IMG/VR virus record: IMGVR_UViG_3300043959_000228
Length of the DNA stretch: 64,000 nucleotides
Source: a virus
Taxonomy: Duplodnaviria; Caudoviricetes
Strand: one strand, 5' to 3'
The notes beneath the pieces were generated by a model. It did no database searches and was not told the DNA's origin. It was given only the letters and a program-made list of their open reading frames with translations. This document shows positions 20,619 to 31,547 of this stretch, one piece after another; within the stretch, counting starts at the first letter, position 1; every line of letters starts with the position of its first letter. The position numbers and the translations under genes were made by a program.

Positions 20619-21454
20619 CGGTCACGAAGTAGATTCCTACCGACTTTCTGAAGAGTTTGTTCCTTCAATGAACTCTTGGCTGTCTTACTGGCTTTCGTGT
20701 TATCAATGGTCTGTCCCCACCAGTTTGATCCAACAACCCTGGAGTGGACACCATGATTTGAACAGGACGCACCAGTCCCATCATGCTCTGCTTCACTGAT
20801 AATCCAGCACTCAGTCCTGCTTAGTATATCAGGTGTAAGATCATGCTGTCGAGGATCGTCACTCGGAATCATTTCTTTGATTTGTTGAAGGATGACCTCA
20901 ACCTGTCCATCTCGTTCTGCATTCAGAATAGCCTCCTGATACCGTAGAACCTGATAGACATCGTTCTTCTTTGCTCGCCTCTTGACTTCGACAATAATCA
21001 ATGATTGAGTTGACTGACGATATCCTATAAGATCAATACTGCCGTTCACGGTTTTCAGTTCTCGTCCAAGACAATATGAATCTTGACCAACGTATTCAGA
21101 CCAATGATCGTCGCGTGACAGCCATTCCTGTAATTGCCGTTCAGTCCCATTCACCATGCTCTTAGCCGTGTCAGTAGTCATTGGAATGGTCATATCAAGA
21201 AAGATCTCATAAATTGTGACATCAATGATCTCACCCTTCTTGCTTTCCACGCTAATAATCGATTGGCCGTCGGTAGACGCTGATTCTGTAACGTTAATCA
21301 CATCAGTCATGTAATTGACTGGCTTCACACCAGTAGATCGATGGATGAGGAACGATCCATCGTCCTTCAATATCAGCAGTCTGACACCACGACCTCTACG
21401 TGTTGATCCACGACCGTCATAATCAACTTCACAATCTACTTTCAGGAGCCTCAT
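20612..21454 (-). CDS. nucS: Mismatch endonuclease NucS/EndoMS
   Basis: CEVDYDGR, LLILKDDGSFLIH, KPVNYM, ERQLQ, GSIDL, VEVKR, QVLRY; TATAAT-N7-ATG gives start 21454. Confidence 0.9.
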   Translation of the reverse strand: MRLLKVDCEVDYDGRGSTRRGRGVRLLILKDDGSFLIHRSTGVKPVNYMTDVINVTESASTDGQSIISVESKKGEIIDVTIYEIFLDMTIPMTTDTAKSMVNGTERQLQEWLSRDDHWSEYVGQDSYCLGRELKTVNGSIDLIGYRQSTQSLIIVEVKRRAKKNDVYQVLRYQEAILNAERDGQVEVILQQIKEMIPSDDPRQHDLTPDILSRTECWIISEAEHDGTGASCSNHGVHSRVVGSNWWGQTIDNTKASKTAKSSLKEQTLQKVGRNLLRDRH

Positions 21455-21506
21455 ATGGCGCATTATACCTACGGTAGAGTGACCTGTAATGGCATATCTA
21501 TATCAT

Positions 21507-23474
21507 ATGAGCCATATATCATCAACCGCATTCGACGATTTGGGAAGACGCAAACCAGGAACATATGCTAATGGCGATGAAGCAAGATTAGGTCATCGCA
21601 AACAACCATCAACCATTCATCATGCATCCAATAGTTATCCTCAGCAGAATGCGCCCGATGCGGCTAAATCAAACCGACGAACCGTTCTCGAGGTCCCTTT
21701 TGAGGATCGGTACGAGGCTCGGAACGCTGGTGTCAAATATGACGCTAAGTTAAAGATGAGTTATGTTGAGGGCGACGTACCAAATCGTTTACAACGATGG
21801 GCGTCTCTTGATTATTCATATCCAAGATGGATTGAGGATCAAATGAATGGACGGTTAGCTCCTGTCGCTTTAGGTCCGACATTGTTCTCACCATATCCTC
21901 ATCAGGAGCGGGCAGCTAAAGCAATTCTAGGGGCATACACGAAAGGGTTACCCGGTTTTCTCATTGCTGACAGCACCGGACTAGGAAAGACGCTGAGCAT
22001 CGTAGCGGGCATAGCCGATATTGCTAAACAACGTGGAGCATCATCGAAGAGACGATTGAAAGTCCTCATATCGTGTCCTAAGGGAGCCATGCCAGTATGG
22101 CGTCAGACATTGAAATCATATGCTGATAGTCAGTTACTCAGACCCATGATTCTTAATTATCAACAATTACAGAAATTATTGAAAGAGCCCTCCTCTATGA
22201 AGAAGGAATCGAGTAAAGCCCGTAAGGCTAAGACGGGTACAGGACGTAAACACGCTAAGAGTAGAGCCGCCAGGAATCTTACTCGTGATGGAGAGCCAAG
22301 AATTAATTTTGACATTATCGTATATGATGAATCGCACTATTTAAAGAACTATGGTTCCAGTAATATGAGCATGGCCGCAGCGAACATTGCTAAGCTGCAT
22401 CAACCATATCATCGCGGTAAGAGTCCATTTATCGTGTATTCAACCGCAACACCAGGAAGCACGCCGTTACATCTTGCTATTATGAGCCCGTTGCTATCTA
22501 GGCTTATTGATCCTTCATTGTCTAAGCATATCGATCCTAAGCAATGGGGCTCATTCCTCCACGATGAGGGTTTTCACGTATCACGGAAAAACGCATCAAG
22601 CCCATGGTCGTGGATTAGTGTCCCCTGGTATGGTGCGCATTCTACTGATCCTAAGGAACGCAAGAAATACGAGGACGCTAAAAAGAAGACACTAGCGATT
22701 CAGAATGCTGACACTGAGCGCATAGGGTCAGCGTGGTCGTCCTCGTCTGGATACATAGCCAGGGACCCATCAGATCTTAAGGGCTGGCCATTACAACAAG
22801 TCGAGCCGTATTACATCGAATTAGACGCACAGGGCCGAGAAGCATACGATGAGGCTTGGACGAGATTCAGATCGTTCCTACGATTGAAGTCGAAGGGGCA
22901 GTCAGATCCTAAAAGCGCATTGACAGAGAATCTCCGATTCAGACAGAAGGCCTCATTATTGAAAGCTCCAACGATAGCTGAGCATGCCCTTGATCTTGTT
23001 GATGAGGGTAAGCAGGTATTCATTGGATGCCAATTCTTAGAGACTGTGGACACCATAGAGAAGATCCTAACAGCGAGAAAAGCTAAGTGGACTGAGGTCA
23101 GTGGACGAGTTGACGATAAGGTGGCTAATAGGCTGATATTCCAGCGAGGTGAAGCCAATATCGTGCTCTGCACCGTTACTGAGGCCGTGTCCTTCCATGC
23201 TGGTGAGACGTTACCTGATGGATCTAAAGCTACGATGAATGACCGTGTAACCATTATGGCCGATATCAGACAGAATCCTAATGATTGTATCCAGCAAATG
23301 GGCAGATGCCATCGTGAAGGTCGACATTCCCTCTGCGAGTTCCCTGTGATTCTGGACACCGTCGATGTGAAGGTTATGGAGTCATTCATTACGAAAGCAC
23401 GGAATTTGAAAAAGATGAAGCAGGAATCAGATCCAGATTATCTTGACCGAGTCTTTGAGGAGATGCCTGCATGA
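21507..23474 (+). CDS. SNF2-like SF2 helicase with N-terminal DUF5710-like segment
   Basis: ADSTGLGKT, DESH, TATPG, QQMGRCHR; LEVPFEDRYEARNAGVKYD; ATATCT-N7-ATG gives start 21507. Confidence 0.85.
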   Translation: MSHISSTAFDDLGRRKPGTYANGDEARLGHRKQPSTIHHASNSYPQQNAPDAAKSNRRTVLEVPFEDRYEARNAGVKYDAKLKMSYVEGDVPNRLQRWASLDYSYPRWIEDQMNGRLAPVALGPTLFSPYPHQERAAKAILGAYTKGLPGFLIADSTGLGKTLSIVAGIADIAKQRGASSKRRLKVLISCPKGAMPVWRQTLKSYADSQLLRPMILNYQQLQKLLKEPSSMKKESSKARKAKTGTGRKHAKSRAARNLTRDGEPRINFDIIVYDESHYLKNYGSSNMSMAAANIAKLHQPYHRGKSPFIVYSTATPGSTPLHLAIMSPLLSRLIDPSLSKHIDPKQWGSFLHDEGFHVSRKNASSPWSWISVPWYGAHSTDPKERKKYEDAKKKTLAIQNADTERIGSAWSSSSGYIARDPSDLKGWPLQQVEPYYIELDAQGREAYDEAWTRFRSFLRLKSKGQSDPKSALTENLRFRQKASLLKAPTIAEHALDLVDEGKQVFIGCQFLETVDTIEKILTARKAKWTEVSGRVDDKVANRLIFQRGEANIVLCTVTEAVSFHAGETLPDGSKATMNDRVTIMADIRQNPNDCIQQMGRCHREGRHSLCEFPVILDTVDVKVMESFITKARNLKKMKQESDPDYLDRVFEEMPA

Positions 23475-24928
23475 TCAACACGATGACGCGACGAGTGATG
23501 CATGGTTGTCGGAAATTAGTTCAGCATCGGTATGCACCATACGTCATAGCGTCTATGCCACAATTGATTTGTCTGCTCATTTTCTGGCCAGGCGTTCTAC
23601 AATTTGATCACACGGTCAGCATGCTTGGTATCGAATATGGGCAGCCTAATGCTTGGCATAGCGTGCTCTGGGGATATATGGCCGCACCATTCGTCTATGA
23701 TGCACCCTCATATGGTGTCTATGGGCTTATCCAGGTTAGTATACAGGTGGCTATTGTCTGTTACTCATTGAAAGCGATGATGAATATGGGTATTGTTCAT
23801 CGCAGAGGACAATACGTCTTAGCCTTCATATACGGGCTCAGTCCATGTTATCTCATGTATGGTCTCCTATGGGGAACAGATACGTTATTCGGTTTGATGA
23901 TGCTGCTCTTAACGACACAATTAATGATGATCCATCACGATGATAACATCATTACGAAGCGATCGTGGATATTCATTATGATCGTTAATCTGTTCCTCCT
24001 GGAGGAGTTCCGGAAGAACGCTATTCTTCTTATCTTCATCGTAGGCATAACCCTGCTGATCCATTATAAACGGCGGCATCTTATCCGGACCATGGCCATA
24101 TTACTGATACCCTTGATGATGAGTATAGGATTGTCAGCTATTTTTACGACTATCGGGGTCATACCCTCCCCAACGCAAGAAGCATTATCCGTTCCTGCTC
24201 AGCAAATCGCGAGGGTATCGTCTACTGGTGGTACGGTGTCTCCATGGGCGAAACATGTTTTTGAAAAGACGAGATCATGGGAATCTTGGGGTAAAGAGTA
24301 CCTGCCAACATTCGCCGATCCAGAGAAGAAGAACCTGCATGTTGACGCTGACTTCTACAAGGCCTGGTTAGACACGGGATTGAAGAATCCTATGGTGTAT
24401 TTCCAAGCATGGCGTGATCTTATGTTCCCATACTGGCAGATGGGAACCGATCGTCTTCACACCGTACGAGTAGATGATGTCATACAGGATTTTAATCAAT
24501 ACCGCTTATTCAAAGACGTCTGTATTCCTACAGGAACGATCTGCTATAATGACAATAGCATTAATCAACGCTTGACAAGTCGTCATTCACCAGCTTTAGT
24601 GCTCCTACAAAACTCCTATGGCTACATAGTCTATGGTCATGTTCCTGTAGTGTCAGAAGCCTATATGCTCATATTCTTCAATAATGCTCTACCATTATGG
24701 GTTCTTATCATATCCTTCATTATGGTGAGACGAAAGCGATCGTGGTTCATGATTGGTCTGCCATTATTGTATATCATGTTGAGCCTATTAGCGTTCTCCC
24801 CGGTGGCGTTATTTAGATACGCCATCCAATTATACTGGTCACTTCCAGTATTCATTGCTTGGGCTATGCATGAAAGGAGGACGTCAAATGGTCGACGCGT
24901 CAATCGTCATCATCATTCCTTGTCTTAA
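23471..24928 (+). CDS. Polytopic membrane protein (DUF6020-like, probable GT-C glycosyltransferase)
   Basis: FWPGVLQFD, WHSVL, FRKNA, QEALSVPAQQIAR, FRY; many TM helices; overlaps a GT2 gene. Confidence 0.6.
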   Translation: MINTMTRRVMHGCRKLVQHRYAPYVIASMPQLICLLIFWPGVLQFDHTVSMLGIEYGQPNAWHSVLWGYMAAPFVYDAPSYGVYGLIQVSIQVAIVCYSLKAMMNMGIVHRRGQYVLAFIYGLSPCYLMYGLLWGTDTLFGLMMLLLTTQLMMIHHDDNIITKRSWIFIMIVNLFLLEEFRKNAILLIFIVGITLLIHYKRRHLIRTMAILLIPLMMSIGLSAIFTTIGVIPSPTQEALSVPAQQIARVSSTGGTVSPWAKHVFEKTRSWESWGKEYLPTFADPEKKNLHVDADFYKAWLDTGLKNPMVYFQAWRDLMFPYWQMGTDRLHTVRVDDVIQDFNQYRLFKDVCIPTGTICYNDNSINQRLTSRHSPALVLLQNSYGYIVYGHVPVVSEAYMLIFFNNALPLWVLIISFIMVRRKRSWFMIGLPLLYIMLSLLAFSPVALFRYAIQLYWSLPVFIAWAMHERRTSNGRRVNRHHHSLS

Positions 24929-25565
24929 TGAAGAATTGACTATAGGATCGGTCATCGACGATTTCGCTGACGCCGTTCCACAAGCTGACATCGTGGTATA
25001 CGATAACGGATCGACGGATCGTACTGCTGACATTGCTAGAGATCATCATGCTCGAATCGTTACCGTATCGGAACGAGGAAAAGGATTAGTCCTTAGACAG
25101 GCCTTCACGGAACTTGACTATGATATTTACGTGATGGTTGATGGTGACGCGACGTATCCGGCAGGGCCTTGCGTCCAAATGATTCACGATCTCTGCAAGC
25201 ATCATGCTGATATGATCGTTGGTGACAGATTATCATCAACTTATTTCACAGAGAATAAAAGGCCGTTGCACGGATTCGGTAATCGTATCGTCCGATGGAT
25301 GATTAATACTATCTTTCACGGATCGATAAAAGACGTTATGAGCGGATATCGAGTTCTGAGTAGGCGCATGGTGAAGTCAATATCAATTCGTCATGACGGC
25401 TTCGAGGTGGAGACTGAACTCACTATTTATGCTCTTCAGCATCATCTGATGGTAATGGAGCAGCCAGTGAATTATGTTGATCGACCTGAGGGATCAACGA
25501 GTAAACTCCATACGATAAAAGATGGGTTCAGGGTGATGAGAACCATCTTTCAATGTTGGATATAG
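24888..25565 (+). CDS. Glycosyltransferase family 2 (polyprenol-phosphate glycosyltransferase-like)
   Basis: IIPCLNEE, DNGSTD, GKG, VDGDATY, DVMSGYR, FEVETE; AAGGAGG RBS before 24888. Confidence 0.9.
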   Translation: MVDASIVIIIPCLNEELTIGSVIDDFADAVPQADIVVYDNGSTDRTADIARDHHARIVTVSERGKGLVLRQAFTELDYDIYVMVDGDATYPAGPCVQMIHDLCKHHADMIVGDRLSSTYFTENKRPLHGFGNRIVRWMINTIFHGSIKDVMSGYRVLSRRMVKSISIRHDGFEVETELTIYALQHHLMVMEQPVNYVDRPEGSTSKLHTIKDGFRVMRTIFQCWI

Positions 25566-25823
25566 ACTCATTGTGACACCACGAACAATATAATCCTATC
25601 CATATAAAATCTTCATCTCAGCCATTATTCGTCATAAATGATCGTTTTTCTCGTCAGAAGACCGTTATGAGATAACAATGATTATTGTTGACAATCTGCA
25701 AAACGTTGCTATAGCAACGTTCGTTTATATGACCCTGATATCTTTATTGCATGGGAACGTGCTTTTTGCGCGTTTCCACGGACAAAATAGAAACGCGCAA
25801 AAATCCATATGGAGGTTCCTACA

Positions 25824-26084
25824 ATGAAGGAATATTTTTCTGACAAGGTGAAGTCTGAGGACGGAGCTGAGACGATCGAGATCATCATCGGTATCGTGGT
25901 CTTCGTGGTCTTCGGTTTGACTGTGTTCGGAATGATCACCAAGGCCGGTGGCAACAAGGCTGCCAGCATTTCCAACTGTTTCGCTAAGTCAGGAAACATT
26001 TTGAGTCAGACATCTGACAACGCTAGCACGAAGACTACGTGCAACGATGACAGTGACACTGCCTCATACTCTTACAACAAGTGA
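25824..26084 (+). CDS. flp: Flp-type (type IV/Tad) pilin
   Basis: Short leader, EDG|AETIE (Gly -1, Glu +5), hydrophobic helix, two Cys; GGAGG RBS; own terminator. Confidence 0.75.
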   Translation: MKEYFSDKVKSEDGAETIEIIIGIVVFVVFGLTVFGMITKAGGNKAASISNCFAKSGNILSQTSDNASTKTTCNDDSDTASYSYNK

Positions 26085-26123
26085 GAGTAATCATTTAGAA
26101 GAGCCTCTCTTCTGAATGATGCC

Positions 26124-26163
26124 AATTTAGCCCACGAGTATACTATTATTCGTGGGCTAAATT
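26124..26163 (+). terminator. Terminator hairpin after the pilin gene
   Basis: AATTTAGCCCACGA/TCGTGGGCTAAATT. Confidence 0.75.
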
Positions 26164-26204
26164 TATGCCCGACGCCGAGAAAGACCCAGGAAACGTATGG
26201 GCTG

Positions 26205-26210
26205 ATATCT
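26205..26210 (+). promoter_or_regulatory. ATATCT promoter-like box (representative, tadC)
   Basis: 7 nt before the ATG; same spacing at 745-750(-), 7664-7669(-), 21494-21499, 29454-29459, 45303-45308(-), 48696-48701, 60941-60946, 62218-62223. Confidence 0.75.
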
Positions 26211-26217
26211 TTACCTC

Positions 26218-27132
26218 ATGAACGTTTTCACACCGAAGCTGCTAGCAGTATTAGTATTCATTATGATTATTCTAATCGGATACGCCTTCACCGTCAGGAA
26301 ATCGTCTATTGATGCCCATTTTGACACTCTAGAAAAATCGAAGGGCATGACGAAATACCTCGCTTTACTCGGTCAGGAAACCGTTAAGATTATTCCTGAA
26401 CGTATCGTTAGGACTGATCGAGTCAAAGAGGGATCTATTAATGCTCGCCTCCGACGAGCTGGTAATCCATGGGGTGTGAATGCCACCGAGTTTATGGTTC
26501 TTAAAGTCGGATCGTGCGTCGCTGGACTAATTCTAGGTGCTGTGTTATGGTTCTTAATGAAGGATTACATGTCCATACCTGTGTATGTATTCATGATAGC
26601 ATGCGCACTATTTGGATACATCTATCCTGACCGCGTATTATCAAAACGTGAGAAGCAGCGAGTCATTTCTTTCAGAAAAGAGCTTCCTGAGGCTCTGGAA
26701 TTACTAGTCGACTCGATGTCCGTATCGAACTCTATGGAAATCGCCATGCCTAAGATTACACCATTGTTAAAGGATGGATTAGTCAAGCAGGAATTCACCA
26801 GAGTCTGTGATGATTTGAAAGCTAAGCGTGGACTAGTCGAGGCGTTAACCGATTTATCTGAACGTGCGCCATCAGCCGATATTGAAGCTTTCGTGAATAT
26901 CGTTATCCAAGCACGACGAACAGGTACAGACATCACGGCAGCCTTGCTGAGAAGATCGAAGACATCACGACAAGAATACATTGCTCTTCTTGATAATCGT
27001 ATTGCTTCCCTTGAATCAAAGATCATGGCCATGCTAATGCCTACCATGACTGGTGCATTAATCTGCGTATCAGTTGGACCATCGTTAGTGTCCATCTTCG
27101 GCGCACTTGGTGGCAGTGGAAGCGTCATCTAA
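26218..27132 (+). CDS. tadC: TadC-like type II secretion F-family platform protein
   Basis: RLRRAG, ELPEALELL, EALTDLSER, GTDITAAL and TM pattern; ATATCT-N7-ATG. Confidence 0.85.
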   Translation: MNVFTPKLLAVLVFIMIILIGYAFTVRKSSIDAHFDTLEKSKGMTKYLALLGQETVKIIPERIVRTDRVKEGSINARLRRAGNPWGVNATEFMVLKVGSCVAGLILGAVLWFLMKDYMSIPVYVFMIACALFGYIYPDRVLSKREKQRVISFRKELPEALELLVDSMSVSNSMEIAMPKITPLLKDGLVKQEFTRVCDDLKAKRGLVEALTDLSERAPSADIEAFVNIVIQARRTGTDITAALLRRSKTSRQEYIALLDNRIASLESKIMAMLMPTMTGALICVSVGPSLVSIFGALGGSGSVI

Positions 27133-27214
27133 CACATTTTATCATCTATTGATATCCTAATCATGAACAGGTCATGAGAACCTATTAGCAGCAATCATAA
27201 AGGAGAGCCTCTAA

Positions 27215-28696
27215 ATGACATTCGACACTATTAAGAGTGAATTGCAATCACGAACGCAATTCAGCCACGTCACCTTCCGTCCTAGTAATAGTGACTTGGG
27301 TTTGTACGTAGTTCTCATCAAAGATGGGTCAATTGTTGGAGCGTATAACACTAACAATAAATTCAGAGCAAATATCAGAGCTGGGTTTAGTCTTGACCCA
27401 GAAATCGTCAAGACATCATTAGATCCAGGAGCTCTTCAAATCAAGTTAGCAGACGACCCTGAGACACTAGCTGATTGGAGGGAGAATTATCTGACAGAGA
27501 CGCTAGCTGAATTATCTAAGATCAACGATGTAGGTTTGACTATTGAGACCGATACTGAACCATTCACGTCAAACGAGGAGTCCATTCTCATTGAGCCTGT
27601 ATCCATTGAGGACATCGAATACGCCGTCAATGATGAGCTCAACGACATTGAGGCGGCTAATCGCAGAATCGGATTGAATGGTCTGCAGGATGTCACTATC
27701 AAGATAATTAACGATTATACGCCGTCAAGTGATGAACAGAAGTTCATTTATCTAGCTACGCAGACCAATGGCAAAAGCTTTAACGATATTCTGAAATTCT
27801 CTAATGGATTCCTATTAAGCAAACTTCTAGAATCAGCTGTAGCATTGACTCTGAATGGATCGATTGAATTTGCTGAGATCCTGTCTGACGGGTCAGTCGG
27901 TGAGAAAGTCGAAATCTCAGCTGAGAAGCCAGAGCCTAAAGTTGATGGTGATTCACTCAGCAAGTACGTTGATGATACGCTTGATGATGGATCTGACAGC
28001 AAGATGGCCGAAGCGATCATTAACGAGGGCCTTCAGGAAGAGGATTACCCTGAACACGATCAATCCAATGATATTCCGATTATTGATCTTCCACAGACTG
28101 ATGACGCCGAACAAGATGAAGAGGTACAGGAACCAGCACAGGTCGATCACAAGGATTCAGATGGTCAGCAATATGACGACGATCTGAGTGTGCCAGTACT
28201 CACGCCAGTTGACATGAATGAAACCGTTAGTGTCGATCAACTGTTACCGCAGGAAGCCGATGAGGATAATCATGAGGACACAGAGAATGCTGATCCAGAT
28301 GACGATTCAGAGGTTGAGTCTATGCTCGATAAGGTTGTTGATACTGCTGATCATGGAGACAATGTTGATGAATTAGTGTCATATGTCGAGCACGCTAAGC
28401 AGAAACTTGTCGAACTGAAGGATCGTAAGGAAGAGGTTGATTCAGACATTAACGACCTACCGGTTGAGGAAGCCGCCAAGATCGATAAGGAGATTGACTC
28501 CTTGAAGGAGGATCGACTCGAATTAGATCGAAGAATCACCGATCTTCGAGCCCAGAAATCAGATATCGATAGTCAGATATCTGACGCCCGTCAAAGGAGA
28601 TCTGATGTTGACGAGGCTCTATCCCATAAGGATGAGTTAGAGGCCGAACAGGCCGAGCTATCTGATAAGATCTCATCATTGGAAAGCGTTCTCTAA
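27215..28696 (+). CDS. Acidic protein with C-terminal coiled coil
   Basis: 493 aa, AAAGGAG RBS, heptad-rich C-terminus. Confidence 0.75.
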   Translation: MTFDTIKSELQSRTQFSHVTFRPSNSDLGLYVVLIKDGSIVGAYNTNNKFRANIRAGFSLDPEIVKTSLDPGALQIKLADDPETLADWRENYLTETLAELSKINDVGLTIETDTEPFTSNEESILIEPVSIEDIEYAVNDELNDIEAANRRIGLNGLQDVTIKIINDYTPSSDEQKFIYLATQTNGKSFNDILKFSNGFLLSKLLESAVALTLNGSIEFAEILSDGSVGEKVEISAEKPEPKVDGDSLSKYVDDTLDDGSDSKMAEAIINEGLQEEDYPEHDQSNDIPIIDLPQTDDAEQDEEVQEPAQVDHKDSDGQQYDDDLSVPVLTPVDMNETVSVDQLLPQEADEDNHEDTENADPDDDSEVESMLDKVVDTADHGDNVDELVSYVEHAKQKLVELKDRKEEVDSDINDLPVEEAAKIDKEIDSLKEDRLELDRRITDLRAQKSDIDSQISDARQRRSDVDEALSHKDELEAEQAELSDKISSLESVL

Positions 28697-28731
28697 ACAC
28701 TGAGATTCCTTAATTAGATAATGATGAAGAG

Positions 28732-28773
28732 CATATGGCTCCATGGTGACAACAACGACCATGGAGCCATATG
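28732..28773. terminator. Intergenic hairpin
   Basis: CATATGGCTCCATGGT/ACCATGGAGCCATATG perfect stem. Confidence 0.65.
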
Positions 28774-28795
28774 ACGATAATAAAGAGGTCGTACT

Positions 28796-29446
28796 ATGGA
28801 TGAAGATGTAGAACCAGTATACATTAACGTATACACGAGTTTCTTCAAGAAGGATCTTCAGATCTATGCTCTGGGTGATATTCGATTCCAAAAGCCTAAG
28901 AGTATTAAGGCCGTTGGATACACGATTATTCTTATGGCTATCTGGTCATTACCAATGTTAATGCTCATTGGGGCTGACAGAGTATTGTCAAATGTCGTGT
29001 GGACCACCATCGTTGTTGGACCACCAATTCTTTTAGGTATGGTCATGAGTAAACCTGTATTCCATAATAAACCTCTCATAAAGGATCTCGTCAGTATCTT
29101 CAGATACGTTGGACAGGCTAGGAAATACACTGATTTTGTCTCCTATGATTATGGAAAGGACGTCTCAACGAATTTTTCCTTATGGACCGCTGATTGGGAT
29201 TGCTACGGCCAAGAGGAGAAGGATTTTGATGAGCCAGATGGAGGACTACGATCAGCGAAATCACTACGCCGGTCTATGAAACATCAGTCTGTAAGAGCAC
29301 CTAAACAAAAGGCGGCTAAAAGACAGAAACCTCCACGCAATCATAAACAGAAGTCAGATCGCCCGTTGGCTATTCCGTTGAATGATTCGGCGCGAAAGTT
29401 AATAAACGATGCTCAAATAAATCACAATCAATCGGACAATGCATGA
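28796..29446 (+). CDS. TcpE-family conjugal transfer membrane protein (VirB3-like)
   Basis: VYTSFFKKDLQIYALGDIRF N-terminus, 2 TMs, KPVFHNK; precedes the VirB4 ATPase half. Confidence 0.65.
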   Translation: MDEDVEPVYINVYTSFFKKDLQIYALGDIRFQKPKSIKAVGYTIILMAIWSLPMLMLIGADRVLSNVVWTTIVVGPPILLGMVMSKPVFHNKPLIKDLVSIFRYVGQARKYTDFVSYDYGKDVSTNFSLWTADWDCYGQEEKDFDEPDGGLRSAKSLRRSMKHQSVRAPKQKAAKRQKPPRNHKQKSDRPLAIPLNDSARKLINDAQINHNQSDNA

Positions 29447-29466
29447 TATAGACATATCTACATCAT

Positions 29467-30690
29467 ATGAGTAATGATAAGAAAACGACGCCATGGAAGG
29501 GCCCTGTCATTGGTTTGAATCAGCAGGGATATCCTACGCCAGTGTTTTTCGACACTCATACAGCAATTAATATGAAATCAAAATCTGGTGGCATTGTTAT
29601 TGTCGGTGCGCCTGGATCTGGTAAGACGCAATTAGGCGAATCATTAGCTGTCATGAGCGGACTCTCTGGTAAGAAGACTATCTATGTCGATCCGAAGAAC
29701 GACGCTGTGGGTCTGAGTGAATTGAAAGACGAGTTTGACGGTCATCTCGATATTAGGGATCTAAATAGTGGTAAGAAGGATGGATCAATGGATCCATTGA
29801 TTACAGAAATAGATCCAGCGAAGAAAGTTGCCAAGACACTGGCACTTATTGAGATTCTCGTCGGGGAACTAAGCGAAGAACAAAAGATATCCTTACCGCC
29901 AATTGTAACTGACGTTGCCTACGGCGATGACCCATCATTGACATTACTCGTCCAACGACTTCAACGTCATAAGGATAATGCATTAGCAGCCATTGGATCG
30001 ACTTTAAGAACAATGGAGATATCGAACCCCATCTCCGGATTACTCTTTAAACGATCGAGAGAGAAAACGGTCATCAAAGACTTTAACGATGGTCTTACCG
30101 TTTTAATCATCCTTGGACTCAAGATGCCATCACCAGGTTCAGATCCTAAGCAATATAAGTCCGAGGAGCGACTATCACTCGGCATTATGTATCTTATCGT
30201 CGAATTCCTTCTGAGCACAATGTCTGATCAGAATCATAAGCTTGAGCCTAAGACCATTCTTATTGATGAGGCTTGGGCGTTCATTGCCTCCGCTGCTGGT
30301 AGGAATGCTGTTAGCAGTATGTTCCGATTAGGCCGTTCCATGAATACAGCCTGCATCCTCATGACGCAGAATTTATCTGATCTTCAGGCACCTGGTGATG
30401 AATCGGAGAATAATTCATTATTGAATTCCGCTGTGACCAAGTTTGCGTTTAGGACAGACGATCCTAACGAAATCAAAAAGCTCTGTGAGAATTTAGGCAT
30501 TAGCTACGCTGCATTTGGAGAGCAATTCCAAGAATTAGAGTCAGGATGCTGTATTATGAAGGATTATTTAGGACGAGTAAGCAGAATATACATCATCCAA
30601 CAGAATGAACGATGGAAACACGCTTTTGAAACGAATCCATTGAAGAAGCAACAGCAACAGGAAGCCATTGCGTCACAGGAGGAAGAGTAA
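29467..30690 (+). CDS. VirB4/TcpF-like ATPase, C-terminal (P-loop) half only
   Basis: PVFFD, GAPGSGKT, VDPKND, IDEAWAF, RLGRSMN, TQN, KDYLGR; no N-terminal domain. Confidence 0.85.
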   Translation: MSNDKKTTPWKGPVIGLNQQGYPTPVFFDTHTAINMKSKSGGIVIVGAPGSGKTQLGESLAVMSGLSGKKTIYVDPKNDAVGLSELKDEFDGHLDIRDLNSGKKDGSMDPLITEIDPAKKVAKTLALIEILVGELSEEQKISLPPIVTDVAYGDDPSLTLLVQRLQRHKDNALAAIGSTLRTMEISNPISGLLFKRSREKTVIKDFNDGLTVLIILGLKMPSPGSDPKQYKSEERLSLGIMYLIVEFLLSTMSDQNHKLEPKTILIDEAWAFIASAAGRNAVSSMFRLGRSMNTACILMTQNLSDLQAPGDESENNSLLNSAVTKFAFRTDDPNEIKKLCENLGISYAAFGEQFQELESGCCIMKDYLGRVSRIYIIQQNERWKHAFETNPLKKQQQQEAIASQEEE

Positions 30691-30692
30691 TC

Positions 30693-31547
30693 ATGCCTCG
30701 ACAACGACTTATTAAAACCAAGAAGGACATGATTCTAGCTGGAGTGATCATTATCGTCATTGCCATCTTCGTCATTGTGACTATTGTCTCCTCATTATCG
30801 TCATCATCGTCATCAAAACCATCATATACCATTAGTAAGGATGACAAGACAGCGATGAATACGACCATCACTACATTCATATCAAAGGATGGCACCTTTG
30901 GTCTTGATTGGTCTAAAGTTGATGAGCATGTTGACATCTCGGCTCTCCGCAGCGCTATGATTGTATCTACGTCTACCCGACAAGATATTGATGCTGCATA
31001 TAGCTCACTGGTAACCACAAGAACGATGGCTATAGCGGGACTTCTCCAACAACGTGATAACGGTCATCCTTCAGTTTTATCACCATCAAGTTCTATGGCG
31101 AAATTAGATGGAGATGGTCTTAATGTTTTAAGCGACGCCTTATGGTTGTCGAAGATTGAAACGAGATCATCTGATGTTCATATTCACTGGAATACCGCTC
31201 ATGCTACTGCCGGCGACGATGGAAAGCCTGTAACCAAGGTGACTATAGATTGGACGGCTAATTGGACACGATCAATGAAGACGCCCGACGCCTATAAGAA
31301 TACGACTAAGAGTGATTGGAATGTCACCTCTGATAAGATATCTATGAAGAGTATCGAGGTTACGTTGCAACAAGCGGACAATGGTCATCAATGGCAGGTC
31401 ATCAGTATTAACGATACGAATGGACATACTGATCTTAATGATCATGGCTTCGTGTTAGCGACCGCTGGAGACATATCTTATAATCAGCACGGTATTATAA
31501 CTGCCCATAACGTGAATAAAAACCAAGATAACAACGATGCGAGCTGA
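30693..31547 (+). CDS. Single-TM extracytoplasmic protein (possible T4SS channel subunit)
   Basis: N-terminal TM, follows the virB4 C-half; function inferred from context only. Confidence 0.55.
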   Translation: MPRQRLIKTKKDMILAGVIIIVIAIFVIVTIVSSLSSSSSSKPSYTISKDDKTAMNTTITTFISKDGTFGLDWSKVDEHVDISALRSAMIVSTSTRQDIDAAYSSLVTTRTMAIAGLLQQRDNGHPSVLSPSSSMAKLDGDGLNVLSDALWLSKIETRSSDVHIHWNTAHATAGDDGKPVTKVTIDWTANWTRSMKTPDAYKNTTKSDWNVTSDKISMKSIEVTLQQADNGHQWQVISINDTNGHTDLNDHGFVLATAGDISYNQHGIITAHNVNKNQDNNDAS

